A DNA stretch of 64,000 bases from Anthoceros angustus (taxonomy: Eukaryota; Plantae; Anthocerotophyta), in NCBI GenBank assembly GCA_010909165.1, contig MU008176.1, positions 798,856 to 862,855 on the forward strand. Direction: 5' to 3'. The first letter of the stretch is position 1. Every line of letters starts with the position of its first letter. A program made the position numbers and the translations under genes. The notes beneath the pieces are model-generated. The model saw nothing but the letters and a program-made list of their open reading frames with translations, had not been told where the DNA came from and did no database searches. Of this stretch, positions 23,640 through 36,038 are shown piece by piece.

Positions 23640-26600
23640 CTTGCCTCACAATCAAGAGGGAGGTGGCCGCCCACCACGTCAAGAACGGACGAGCCGTGGG
23701 AGTTTACAACCCTAGTGGCGGCTGGGCTGACGCCGAGAGACTCGACACACCCGACCGCAAGGACTTCGCGACGCCTGAGCGAGCCGCAGAAGCCGGCCGA
23801 TGCAATCGCGCCGGGCCGAGTCTCTGCTCACTGCAGTAGGAGGCGCCACATACCAGTGGAACGGGTGGCGCGTGAGGAAGGAAACCAAGGCGGCGAGCAA
23901 GGAAAAAGGAGGCGCTGAGCAGAGGGAGGAGGAGACGCAAGGTGGTGTTCCTTTCACTCAGCGGCCTGGTTCTTCTTTTGAGAAACAAGGAGAAAGGGAT
24001 GGCGCCGAGTCAGCCAAATCTCATCATGCAAAGGCCCAACATGGACCACTGGAAGGTGAGAGCTGCACCGTGCGTGGAGCCGGGTCTGGAATTTATGGAG
24101 AAGAAATGGTGTTACGATGTTCAAAGATTGGTGCAAGAGTGCATAATTGAGAACTGTTGCAAGAGGGTGCGCGAGAAAGAGGCCGCAAAACTGGATTTGG
24201 GGCTCTTTCGAGCAAAGTATGGGCGAAGCATTAGAGGATGGAAGCTTGCAATTGACCGAGAAAGAAGACCGAGAGCCGCAGCGCGCTATGAAGCTCGGAG
24301 AAGTGAGGGTGAATAATGGATGGGTGACCGCCAACTCGTGTCTGCGCACCGGTGGGATTGGCCAAGTGGATTTTGTGTTTCAGAATGTGAAGTTGATCAT
24401 ATGGCGCACTACTCGGTCTTTCTTCATGAGGTGGTTAAAGGTACAAATCGATTGGGGCGGATGATCTTTGAAAGAGCCTGTGAGGAGAAGGCAATTTGCT
24501 TCCCTCCCTCCTCCTTGATTTCATAATTTTCAATTCATTCGCGATTCGGTGTCTAACGGAGTTGAAGTCAGGTTCCGCCTTCAGCCGGAAACCGGCCGTG
24601 GAACTCAAGGTAGAGGAAGAGGAGTGTAAGGAGGATTCCGGGAAATTCCATAGCTGGGAATGCGCCCCTAGAAGATTCGGATGAAGGTGGGAGGTTTCCA
24701 AGGGCAAGAAGCGAGGGCTACGACGGTCATGAAGAAGGGAAGGACAATGAAGAAGAGGAACCTACAATTTAGGTCACGTCGAAATCGCAGCAGAACGCGG
24801 TGAAGGAGGAGAAAATAAAAGGAACGACAAGTTGTTCCCCTGTGCAGGAGGAGTCACGCCGCTAGAGAGATTGAGCGGAGGAAGGAAACCAAAGCGCTGG
24901 GCGGCAGCGAAGGAGGAAAAGAGGCGCTGAGGCAAGAGCGCGAGGGGAGTGGAGGAGACGTGGGTGGTGTTTTTCTCGACTGGCAGTGGGTTCTTTCGAG
25001 AAACAAGGAGAAGATGGAGCCGCGCAAATTTCATGCAGGGCCCAACATGGACCATCGGAAGGTGAGAGTGCCTGCGTGAGCCGGGTCTGGAATTTATGGA
25101 GAAGAAATGGTGTTACGACACCAAAGATTGGTGCAAGAGTGCGCCTGCAATTGAGAACCAGTCGCAAGAGGGCGACGCGAGGAAGAGGCAAAACTGGATT
25201 TGGGGCTCTTTCGAAAAGGTATGGGCGAAGCATGAGGATGGAAGCTTGGTAATGAAGAAGAAGACCGAGAGCCGCAGCCGGCCATGAAGCCCGGAGAAGT
25301 GAGGGTGAATAATGGATGGGTGACTCGCCAACTCGTGTCTGCGCACCGGTGGGATTGGCCAAGTGGATTTTGTGTTTCCGTAATGAAGTTGGATCATATG
25401 GCGGCGCACTACTCGGTCTTTCATGAGGTGGTTAAAGGTACAAATCGATTGGGGCGGATGATCTTGAAAGACTGTGAGGAGAGGGCGATTTGCTCTCCCT
25501 TCCCTCGGCCCTCCTTGATTTCACCTTTTCTAATTCATGTTCACAGATTCGGTGTCTAACGAGTTGGAAGTCGGTCCTTCATAGCCGGAAACCGTGGAAC
25601 TCAAGGTAGAGGAGGAGGAGGTAAGGAGGATTCCGGAAATTCCAAGAGCTGGGAATGCGCCTCCTAGAAGATTCGGATGAAGGTGGGAGGTTTCCAAGGG
25701 CAAGAAGCGGAGGGGCGAACGAACGGCTCCAAGAAGGGAAGGACAAAAGCAGAAGAGGAACCCACAGCCACACCTAGGGTCACCAGTCAAATCGGCAGCA
25801 GAACGGGTGAAGGAGGAGAAAATAAAAGGGAAACGACAAGTTGTTCCTCTCAGTGCAGGAGGCCGCCGCTAGGAGAGATTGGAGCGGATGAGGAAGTAGT
25901 GGCAAACCAACCCTAGAAGAAGAGGGGTAGTTTTGACAGCCAAGTCCGCGATGGAGCTCCCGAACATTTTGGCGACATTTCACGACGACCCCTCAAGTGG
26001 AGACAGTGACACCTGCAAGAATTGTTGTGGAGGGAATGGGCACGGGCAGCCCAATCTAATCTCCCGACTTCCATGGCTCGACGCAGGATCTCCTCGACCA
26101 GCAGCCATGGCTCTCAGGCAGGGGCAGTGAAAAGTTGGAAAAGTTGGAGAGCCTAGAAGGCGAGAACAAGGTGGCAGAGGAGCGCAGACGGAATGCGAGG
26201 CGGCCCTATGCAAGGCATGGAGCAGGGCCATGTCCACCCAACGAGGCCTTAGTAAATCAGGTCAAGGGGCGATGCCACAATTGAGGAGCTTCAAGATGAG
26301 GTCTCATGAGCCTGTGAGCAAGTGGAAACAATGGCGCCCGAGAAATTCATGAGAGATACAAGCGAGAGAGAGAGATGAAGCTAGGGCCAGTCAAGAGAGA
26401 GGCGGCCAAACCAAGAAGGGCAGAGCCACAAAGAACCGCAGAGTCAAGCCACCACCGTGGAAAGCCACCACCACGGTGGCTAAACCGCCACCGTCATGAA
26501 GAAGGAACCGAGGTGGGGAAGTCACCGGCGAGCGCAGATGGAATACGATCGGATTCCGGCCACCAGGATTGTCCACGGAGGAGAGGTAAGAACCTCAGAG

Positions 26601-28789
26601 TATAGATTGTGCACAGTCTGGATGAGGATGCTCATGTCCTTGGCTCGCATGGTGAGCGGGTGCTCACTCTAAATGTGTATGTGGTTGTTGGGACAGAGGG
26701 GCGAAACCATTGGCTGACATCTTGACCACCACTGCTACTGGGTTCTTCCGAACGGGAGCGGGGCCCATCCCCAAGTGGTGATTAAGGAAATGAGCGGAGG
26801 AGAGCGTGGAGGAGGAGCACACGGTGGCTTTCCAGCGAGGGAGCGGAATAATAGGGCCTACAGACGCGCGACGCCCACGGAAGATGCGTAAGAACCGCAA
26901 GGCCGAGGTGGAGGTTTTGGGGAGAATCGCCGGGATCGAGGAAGGTGAGAGGCGAGAGCGAGGGAACCCCCATTTGGCTGTATTAGGCGGCACCATGCGC
27001 CCCAATGAGAGGAGCGCGACATAGCGCCAAGGGTTTTTTTCGGTTAGAGGATAGGATGTTTGAGGATCCGCAGAGCCGTGAAGTTACCGTGAATGGTAGG
27101 AGCCTGTAGTGGGCCATATTCTATAGACACCGTGAGGGTGAGTGGAGACCGCAATGATGTATAAGAGACCATTTTTGCGCTCTCTTATGTATACCATGGG
27201 GGCCTCGAGGTCCCGAGCTCCCCGAGACAGCTTGGCAACGAAAGCGGGGGTCACGACCTCCCCATGCACCGTAGAGCCGGCGAAAGGCAGCGCTTCACAC
27301 ACGCCCCAATTCATGTCAAAATTGCCCCATTGAGTCAGCACGTTAGTGACAATAGGCACAACCAGGGTGGATGAGGTGGGCGAAATGGAATCCAACCCCT
27401 CTGATAGGTGTTGCCAGAGAATCGCCAGAATTGTCATTCATTGCCACTCTAGGGGATGAACTCGTGTGAGTGGTAGCATATATGCCATCACTAGGGGTGT
27501 ACCTACGCTGCTTCCCCCGAGCGCCCGGAGCAGCCACGGTGGAGTTGTTCTCATTTGCGGCCGCAAAGTTGTGTTCATCTGATACCCTCAACACACCCGC
27601 CTAGAAGGGAATGGCTGACACCACCAATGCTTTCCTCCCCATCCTACGTGAGTCCGGGTTAGAAGGCATAGGAAAATGCAAGGGGGGCCGCCGCGCCGGT
27701 CCATAATCGGCGCAGCAAATTGACATCGCACCCACCAAGATGCTAACCCCGGGAGGGGAAGCCAACATCTCTTGCCGCCACCAACAAGCTCAAATTGCTT
27801 AAAGATGAAACACGAGGTGGAGGCCGCCCGGTGGGGGCAAGGCCGGGGTGTCCTTGGGTGTTCAAGAAGCCGGTCAAATCTAGTAGTAAAGGATGGCTGA
27901 TCGGTAGGGGATTCTGGCATGATACAGTGAGGACTTGCTTTGGCCAAGGGAAGATTGAAAGTAGTGGATGGTAGATATGGCATCATTGTTAGCCTTTGAT
28001 GGGCAAGAGGGAGTACTTAGAGTGATAGATATGATGGGGTGGAGTCCTATGCGGAAGGATGGAGGTTGGGTTTGATCACCCACTCAACCATTGGTGTCAA
28101 AGAACGGGGTGAAGAGAAACTACAATGTGAGTTTGAGGGGATGGGGAGTGAAGAAGAGGGGTAGAAGGACCAGCCATGGATGGGGGGACATGCTAGGGGG
28201 CGAGCTGTGAGAAGTAGGGTTGGGAGGAGGCAAAGGACCAAATTTCGTGACAAGCTGAGCCTTTAGTTGCTCGAGGAGAATTTGGGGTACTGTGGGCCAC
28301 GACTCCCTTGGGTAGGAAATGAGCTTAGGTTTTGTTTTTTTCGTAGGCGGAGTAGAAAATAAGGCGAAAGGGAGAAATAAGGTCTGAGTACTCCTGACCG
28401 CACTGGCAAGTAGGGCCCGATCACCTCCCGAGGGGCCTCGACCCCAAGAGCTACCACTACACACTTCCTGGGAGTGGATTGCTGCACCGCACCCCTGAGG
28501 ACTGCAAGTCCGGACTACACCCGCAGCGACGAGATAAGTACGCCAAGTAAAGTAACTTAGGAATCGGAGCGTATTTTAGGCGACGGCCACGTGGACTGCC
28601 CGGGAGGTGAACGGGCATGCAAATGACCAGACCGTAGGGTTGCCATGGGCTTAGGTGTATTCACGCTCCCACAAATAAGGCTAGAGCACGCGGCGAAGAC
28701 CAGCACGGCGGCGTAAGTGCCAGAGGCTATGCGGGCCTCCGACGCCAGACGCCCGGCTACCGACGTCGGGTCGGAGCGAAGGTCATTCT
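23640..28789 (+). mobile_element. 3' half of a gypsy-like LTR element: sense accessory ORF (about 23900-26650), antisense ORF (about 28230-27050), PPT 28273-28287, partial 3' LTR 28291-28789
   Basis: PPT GAGGAGAATTTGGGG then TGTGGGCCAC. From that TG the sequence is collinear with the LTR at 58534. No gag/pol motifs seen in this span. Confidence 0.6.
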
Positions 28790-31270
28790 TGTTAGAATGT
28801 GAAAAGGTTCTTGTTAACCTACCAGCTTATTATTTAGTTATTTAATATCTTAGTTAGTGGTGAATGGTCATACCGTCACATGAAGTACTTAAGACAATTT
28901 TGTATTCAACTTTTAATTAATTGCTTTATTCCTTCTTGCAATTTAACGAGCTTCCGCCCACAAAGTTTCATGGTATCGAGCACTGTGTGCTCAATGTCTA
29001 ATATATGTTAGATCCATTCTTGTCTTTCTATATATTGCACTTGCTAGTATTCTAGGACCCTAAGGCTTCTAGCTGTTACTGCTTTGCTTATTTAATCAAT
29101 ATGTGAAGCAAAAAGAGCAATGACGCTGGAGGATGCCGCGCCGAGGATCTATTTTATTTCTCTAATTCTGCTGATCATCTTAGAGCCCAGGCAGAATTAG
29201 ACAACAAATTCCTCAAGGATCGGACACTTGTGCAAGTTCCAAGTTCCAGACGTCCTAGGAGTACACAGGCACACAATCTGATGTGAAGAATTGTTGTGGT
29301 GTCTCTCCCCGTCTGCGTCCCTGCATTCATCTCAAGGGTTTATAATCGCAATCAAAGCATCGATCAAGACCGAACTGGAGTTTGTTGACTATATACGTAC
29401 GGATTTTCTAAATTCCGCCTTCAATCTACGTAAAATTTGCCGATGAGGGTTTCCACACAATTGGGTAGGATTACCTCCTGTATAGAAGACTTCAAGAGAT
29501 CGTGCCACGGTAGATGAATTGGTTGTTTCTTGAACAATTTAACTCGCGTAACTCCATGGCCTCTCTCGCGAGAGATCCAATTTCTGCATTGTACTGCCCT
29601 AGCCTCAAGCAACGATGTGAGGAGGCTTCCAAGAGGGTAGCGCTGTAATTCTTACCAGGATTGTGGTGCCTCAAGCCATAATTTCAGTGATTGCTTGTAG
29701 AATTTTGCTGGATTCTGCAACATCTTGTTGCTGGCTCTGAAGAGGTGTCATGGGACTTGGCGGCGGTTGGTGTAGGGAGCCACCTGGAAAGGTGCCCTAA
29801 CTTTAGTTTCCACCTGTCCTCCTTATTTTCTGGTGACCTAAAAAATCACACAACTGAAACGTTATTAGTTAAGTTTTGTACCCCTTCCACTCTCCTTCAG
29901 TTTGCTGCCCCCTCTTCATACCTTTGTTATTCTTTTCCAGCCAACATTTTTCCCAGTTTATGTCTGGATATTGGCGGGACTTTAGTGATGACTTAGATGA
30001 GGCATGTAGATCAAGTGCATTTTCTTAACTCGCTAGCCTCGCTTCTTCCTTCTCCACCTATTCCTCCTGCTTTTATCAAAATGGCTAGGAACATCATATG
30101 GGGAATTTAAGGAAAAGGACAGTTTGATGGCAAACCTGCTAGGTACGAGAGTCAAGCTAGGATGAAGGCCTTCTCGATGCACGTGATGTTTGGGAATTTG
30201 TGGATGGCTCCATTCCCCAAAACCGTGCAGTATTATTTGAAGAGATAGCCAATTAATAAAGGCAACAAAATTGCATTTGCCATTTTGCTATCCGTTTGAT
30301 GAGGCCACCGTGATGAGGTTGAGTTTCTACCAATCGCACTGACGTCTGAGACAATTGAAGGACACCTATCAAGTGCAAACATCCTAACCTTAGTTGCAAG
30401 AAATGACTTCTATGGGTTAAGAAAGGGAGACACGATAGAGCGCATCGCAAATTCCATACCTCAAGGCGCAGCCTCCATGCTTGGAAGCAAGCTTGAGGAT
30501 ATTGATGTTGTGGCTCACTATCCAAACCTTCCTCCTCCTATCGCAATTTGTCTCAAGTCAAAATTCTTCGCTATGCTCTTCCTCGTGATCCGCAGTGAAA
30601 GCCGGGAACCGCACCCACTCTACCCTCAATGAGCCCATTACGCCTACATCAGAGGAATAGAGGATTATCTACCGCAAGGGTGCGACGGATAAGGTCCTTG
30701 TTGCATCCAAGGGAAAAGCGTGACAGGGAGAGACAAGAAGGGAAGAAAAAGCACTCAACACTTGCTCCTACCGCCAAACGTGAAGGTACAATGTCAAAAT
30801 TCCGGTCACATCGAACGGATTGTCGCAAGAAGAAGGCCGATGAGCCACGGAAGGATTCCAAACCTCTAGTTCATGTGGTTTTCCAAGGATCTTCCTCGAA
30901 AGCCGCTTCTAAGAGTAGTTTTTCTTCGCCTTTTGTTTTTCGTGACTCGGCTTTACTTTTAAGCTCATACTGTTCCACACATGCTAACCGTCCTCAACCT
31001 CCACACCTAAGGGAGCAGCTGGTCTATGGGGACCCCGGGAGCTGAAGGGTAGTGGTTTTCTTGGATGGTTCATGGTCCACCGACACACTCGCCATCATTC
31101 TCCTGCCCTGAAATGGCCGCTGTATAAAATATTTTTCTGGGAGCCCTTGGTTGAAACTTTATCAACCCCAAGTTCCAGCCATCATGGCAAAATGGTCCGC
31201 CTTGCTCTAGGTCAGGCAAGAAGTCTTCTACGGAAAAACCATGCCAAGGGCGCCATGAACACTCTTGCCT
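28790..31270 (+). mobile_element. Truncated second-family Ty1/copia (5' LTR 28790-28970, PBS 28971-28981, gag/protease relics)
   Basis: TGTTAG...TTTCA plus TGGTATCGAGC. Degenerate equivalent of the better-preserved copy at 43734-46378. Confidence 0.85.
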
Positions 31271-31381
31271 AATTTATTTTCACATTTTCCACACCTGACC
31301 AAAAACAAAAAGGCATATCCCAACAAGGGGTTTCCGAGTCCGCATCACATACTACCCTTCTCACTTGTTACGCCCGCCAAC

Positions 31382-33085
31382 TTAGGTATAATACTGATCC
31401 TCCACCGTTAACCCGGTAGAGGAGGTCCACTTAACTTTGCAACAGACGATCCATTGGCGAAGACTTCGAGAACTCTATATGGCCCCATCCATCGGGTGGA
31501 GCCCGGTCACCGAATATCCTCGAGATAACAATCAATGCCGGGTTCCCTATCCCTGTTTAGCGGCCGACCGCGCCCATTTGACTCTCACCGCCATGCGCTA
31601 GATTCCTCGGATGCGTAGGTAGGAATTTCAAACCCACAGTGCACACGAGAATGGCCGAGGGTGAGGTAGTAACGTGTTTGTTGCGTTTATTTTTCTCTCG
31701 CACCTGACGCCCAGAGCGGAGTGAAGCTTGAGATCCCAGTCATAGGCATATTCCACCGTTAGTTTGTTGAGGATCCTGCACAAAAGCCCATTCGCTTTCT
31801 CCGTGAGCCCATTCGCCTTTGGATTATAAGGAGTCGTTTTCCTGTGGCGAACGTTGAAGTATATCGTCATATGGGAAATGACTTGATGGCAAGTGCGACT
31901 GTCACGATTTAGTTCCAAGGGGCAACGATCGAGTGATAACTGCTCATAGAGGAACCGCCACCACATGAGCCGTGTCACCAGAGTTGGCCTCCACCATACG
32001 CGTAATAGTCGGGCCACTAGGATATATTGGTTTTGTCTTTCTCGGCCGGATAGGGCCAACAAAATCTATTCCCATTTCTCAATGGCGCTTACTCGTAACC
32101 ATGGGCCATTGGGTGGTTGCAGATGGTTTTCCAACCCTCCGACAGGCGTCGCAACGTTTTACAAAGTCCTTAGCGCCGATGCATGGTTTGCCACCAATAC
32201 CTGCTTGAGCACCTTTTGCACGTGATATGTCTGCAAAATGTCCCCCGCTTCTCCTTCGTGCATCTCACAAGACTAATAACTGCTCTCCTGTCACCCACAA
32301 CCTCTCCTGGCCCCATCCGTCCCGACGGTACAAATTGCTCATACGATAAAAGAACGCGAATAGTGCACAATGCGCCGCTGGTTTCGAAAGATCCGGGTAT
32401 TCTTCCTGCTGTAAACTCAAGCATCTCCGCATGGGTGGGCCTGGTGTACCCCGCTCTCCGCTTCTCATTTCCTACCGAACCGCCATTGGCCTTCGCCTTA
32501 TGATTCGGCCGTGCCGCTTCCCCCTCTAACTCTGCCGCGAACAAAGCTTCATCGGGAAAATCGTCCTGCTCGTCCTGTGTAACCACCTCCATCTTCAGCC
32601 TTGATATGTAATCTGCATTCACATGCTTACTACCCTTCCTTGTCTCTACCGTGAACGTGAATTCGCAGTAGAATCCATCTCATGCATGCATCCGGACAGG
32701 TCGGGCTTTTGTTTACTGTGTGTTTGAGGGCGAAGTGGTCGACATGGAAGACGAACTTCGTAGGGATAGCAAATAGTGACGGAACTTAACCGAGTATACC
32801 ATTCCTAGCGCCTTTCTTTGGTGGTAGTATATTTCCTTCTCGCATCGTGAGTCGCCTTCCCGCATAATAAATTGGGTAATCATGCTTCTTGTCATCCCTC
32901 TGGCTTAGAATGGTTCCGATTGCATAAGCCGAAACGTCTACAAACACATGGAATTTCTTGCTCCAGTCCGGCTCTCGCAGCATGGGTGCTGTGATCAGGG
33001 TGGTTTGAAGGTCATTGAAGGCCTCCTCTCGTTCCTGCGTCCACTCCCACTCCTGGTCCGAGGGCCACAATAGGACTCACTAAAA
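31382..33085 (-). mobile_element. Ty3/gypsy pol fragment (RT connection, RNaseH, integrase)
   Basis: WEWTQEREEAFNDLQTTLITAPMLREPDWSKKFHVFVDVSAYAIG, LGMVYSVKFRHYLL, NADYISRL, HRKTTPYNPKANGLTE. Confidence 0.9.
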
Positions 33086-33738
33086 GGAGGGAAAGAATCT
33101 CAGGCTTGTTCGGGTTTTGTCCCACACAACGAGAAGGAATGCAATTAAGGCATTGCTTGTCCTACTCAAAACCTCGGTCAGGGTCGGGTTACGGGGGAAA
33201 CGGCCCTAAATGTCTCAAGTCTAGAGATCCATCGGTAGATTTATACACTTATCTTACATGATCACTATTAGCGACCTTTGTGAGCCAGTTAGGGGGTTAG
33301 CCTAATCCTCTTTACTTGGCCTACCAACCTTTATTTATATGCTAGTGAGTTGCACGAGAAAAATCTTCTCTCCTTTCGCATAAAAGATTTGCCTGGTGCA
33401 GCCATGCACACGACTTAACCTTCGTAGATGTGTCTCTTGCACCCATGGCACCTCTACTTCACCCTGTGAGACATCTTTCACAAATACGAGACACTTATCA
33501 ATATATTTCTCGTTTTATTTTGAGATAACTAAACTTAGTATTCATATGATTGATATTCCTATTGATATTTTCTAAGCAAGCATGTGCCCCTGTCCTACTT
33601 CTTGTTATACTTAAATATTTTGTATCGACTAGAAACAATGCTTAAATCAAAATTGAAAGGCAACAAATATATCGATATAGTATCACTAGATTACATCTTA
33701 GCCTAAAGCCTTCTAGACTATCTCAAGCTTTCATGTTG

Positions 33739-33930
33739 TCAGATTGCCTCCTTAGAAGCCCTACACATTAGAGGATTCTCAGTCTTTGAAAGCTCGTAAA
33801 CCAAGTAGTTTCCGAGTTGCTTCCAAGCCATAATTGGATTGGGAAGGTCAAAGACAAAGAATTTCACAACTGAAGAAAACTCCTCGAACTTCCTACCAAT
33901 GTAAAACAATCCTTCATCAGTAAACAGCAT
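33739..33930 (-). other. Conserved 63-aa ORF, possible exon of the orphan gene
   Basis: MLFTDEGLFYIGRKFEEFSSVVKFFVFDLPNPIMAWKQLGNYLVYELSKTENPLMCRASKEAI is identical at 49024-49215. It is preceded by an acceptor-like CTATCTAG. Confidence 0.4.
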
Positions 33931-34576
33931 CGGACACTCCTAGATAGCATGACTATGATAGCAGAGTCCCTCCTTGGCCCAAGGCAATATTATCTTGGAC
34001 ACCAGAAGGAGGCGTCCTGACTACAGGACGCCCAAGAAAATATTGCCTCCTTCTGAAGTTCATGACTCTCCTTTCTTTGCATCCCCATTCGACGCGCCCC
34101 TTTTCTTCTTGCGGCGCGTCGAAGGGGGATGCAAAGAAAGAAAGGAAACAAAGGCAGAGTTGCTGAGGATCCTTGCTGAATAGGAGGAAGACCTTATGCG
34201 AGCAAAGGAGAAGAATGGCCCATGGGTGGAGCATCTGCGAGATGTCATCCTCAACATCCACGGCTCTTTGTTGGTGCCTAGTCGATGAGCTCGTCACTTT
34301 GCTTGCATCACTACTTGCCCGTTGTTGCCGGCCTTCGCAGCTTGCTTCTTTCCGGTAGCCGTCTCCTCGCCACCTCTCGTTCTCTATCTCTTCACCATTC
34401 AAGAACTTCTTGGCCACGGATTGTTGCTTTGGGGTCTCACCCTCACGAACTCTCGCAATCTTAGTCGATTTTCGCAGCTTAGGTCGTGGAGCTTCTCCTC
34501 CTGCTTTTTAGTGTACTATTATTTTGAGTTGATATAAAATCGACACAAGCTCTTCACTGAAAAAAAAAAAAAAAAC

Positions 34577-36038
34577 TTAGAACTCCATAGAATTTGGAGA
34601 GGGGCCTATTTTCTCTTGACTCTTTCGCTCCCACCGACTCAAGATCTTATAATCGTTACCGTAAAAATTATAACCATGTGGAGGACAAAGCTCAATATCG
34701 ATCCATCTGGTCCTTGCTTCTAGTTCACTATTGGTCATTTCTTCCAATGAGGTATTGGTCATTTGCACTAATGAACTATTGGTCTGCTCCTGTGAACTGT
34801 TGGTCATTTGCTCCTGTGAACTGTTGGTCATTTGATCGAATGAATTGTTGGTTATTTGTTCCAATAATGAACTTGTGCTCATTTGTTCTAGTGAATTGTA
34901 CTGATCTGAAAGAAGATTCAATTCGTCTAGTGACCTATACTCATCTAAAAGAAAATTTTCCACTTCCACATTACAATCGTCGATATCATTCACCTGAAAC
35001 TGTTGCGACATATTTTTCCTCATTTCTGGGGAATGTTGTAAGACCTTATTTATTACTTCAGAGGTTGACAATGCCATATCATTCCGTGCTTCTAGCAAAC
35101 AGTGGTCCCTCGTTTGATATACATTTGTTGGTGTCTCAATTTGAATATAGTCGAAGCTCTTCTTTGGACTTTTTTCCTCGAGTTGCACATTATTGAATGA
35201 CGCAAATCCTAATTTGTGACTCTCAGCTCCTACTGTTGCAGCAATTGTCTTCTTATTTTTGGACCCTTTTGACGCCCCACCTACAGAGGTTTTGATTCTT
35301 CAAGTTCCACCACCGATCGGCAATGATATTTGTTTTCACTTCTTTCCTATCATACTTGAGTCCATGAAATCTATGTCTAGCACCTTCTTTAGCAAGAGTC
35401 TTCTTATTTTTGACCCTTAGACGCCCCACCAGGTCGAGGCATTGGTCTCTCTTTCTCATTGTTCGCTGAATCGCTCTTCTTTCACACTTACCGCTGCTTT
35501 GAGTCCTTGAAATCTACGCAAGTGGCTTTGAACTTATTTTGATCCTTTTGACGCCCCCAGGTCGAGGCTTTGGTCTTTCTTCCCGCTCAATTGAATCATC
35601 TTCAACTTTTCTCAATATTTTTGTCGGATGTTTTGGATCCTTGAAACTATGTGCGAGTTCCATTGCGATAGAATCTTTATTTTTGGATCCTAAACTTAGA
35701 CTTCTCTGGCGTTGAGGCATGGGTGTGTATTCTTCATCGCTTACATCATCGTCCTCCTCATTTGAATTATCGTTCTTGTCGTTTTGATCATCGTCCTCGT
35801 CACTTGAATAATCATCGTCCTCGTCGATTGAATAATCATCGTCCTTGTCGCTTGAATAATCGTTGTCCTTGTCGCTTAAATAATAATCGTCGTCGTCGCT
35901 CATATCATTGTCCTCATCCCTTGAATAATTATCGTCCATGTTGCTTGAATCATTGTCCTCCTTGGTTGTAATCTGATCATCTTTTAAATTATTTCTCTCT
36001 TTATCTTCTTTGGTGTCTCCCATCTTGAACAAAGACAT
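34577..36038 (-). CDS. Orphan acidic / AT-hook / QMTNSS-repeat protein, copy A (frameshifted as assembled)
   Basis: ORF pieces 36038-35514, 35459-35253 and 35188-34577. 24-bp YSSDEDDD repeats and 24-bp QMTNSSQE repeats. AT-hook sites are corrupted relative to copy B. Confidence 0.55.

Noticed and set aside
23620-23640. TGTTAGGTGCCTACA as an LTR boundary of the gypsy-like element
   Set aside because: Flanking sequence does not match either end region of the LTRs at 28291 or 58534-60583 beyond a few bases.
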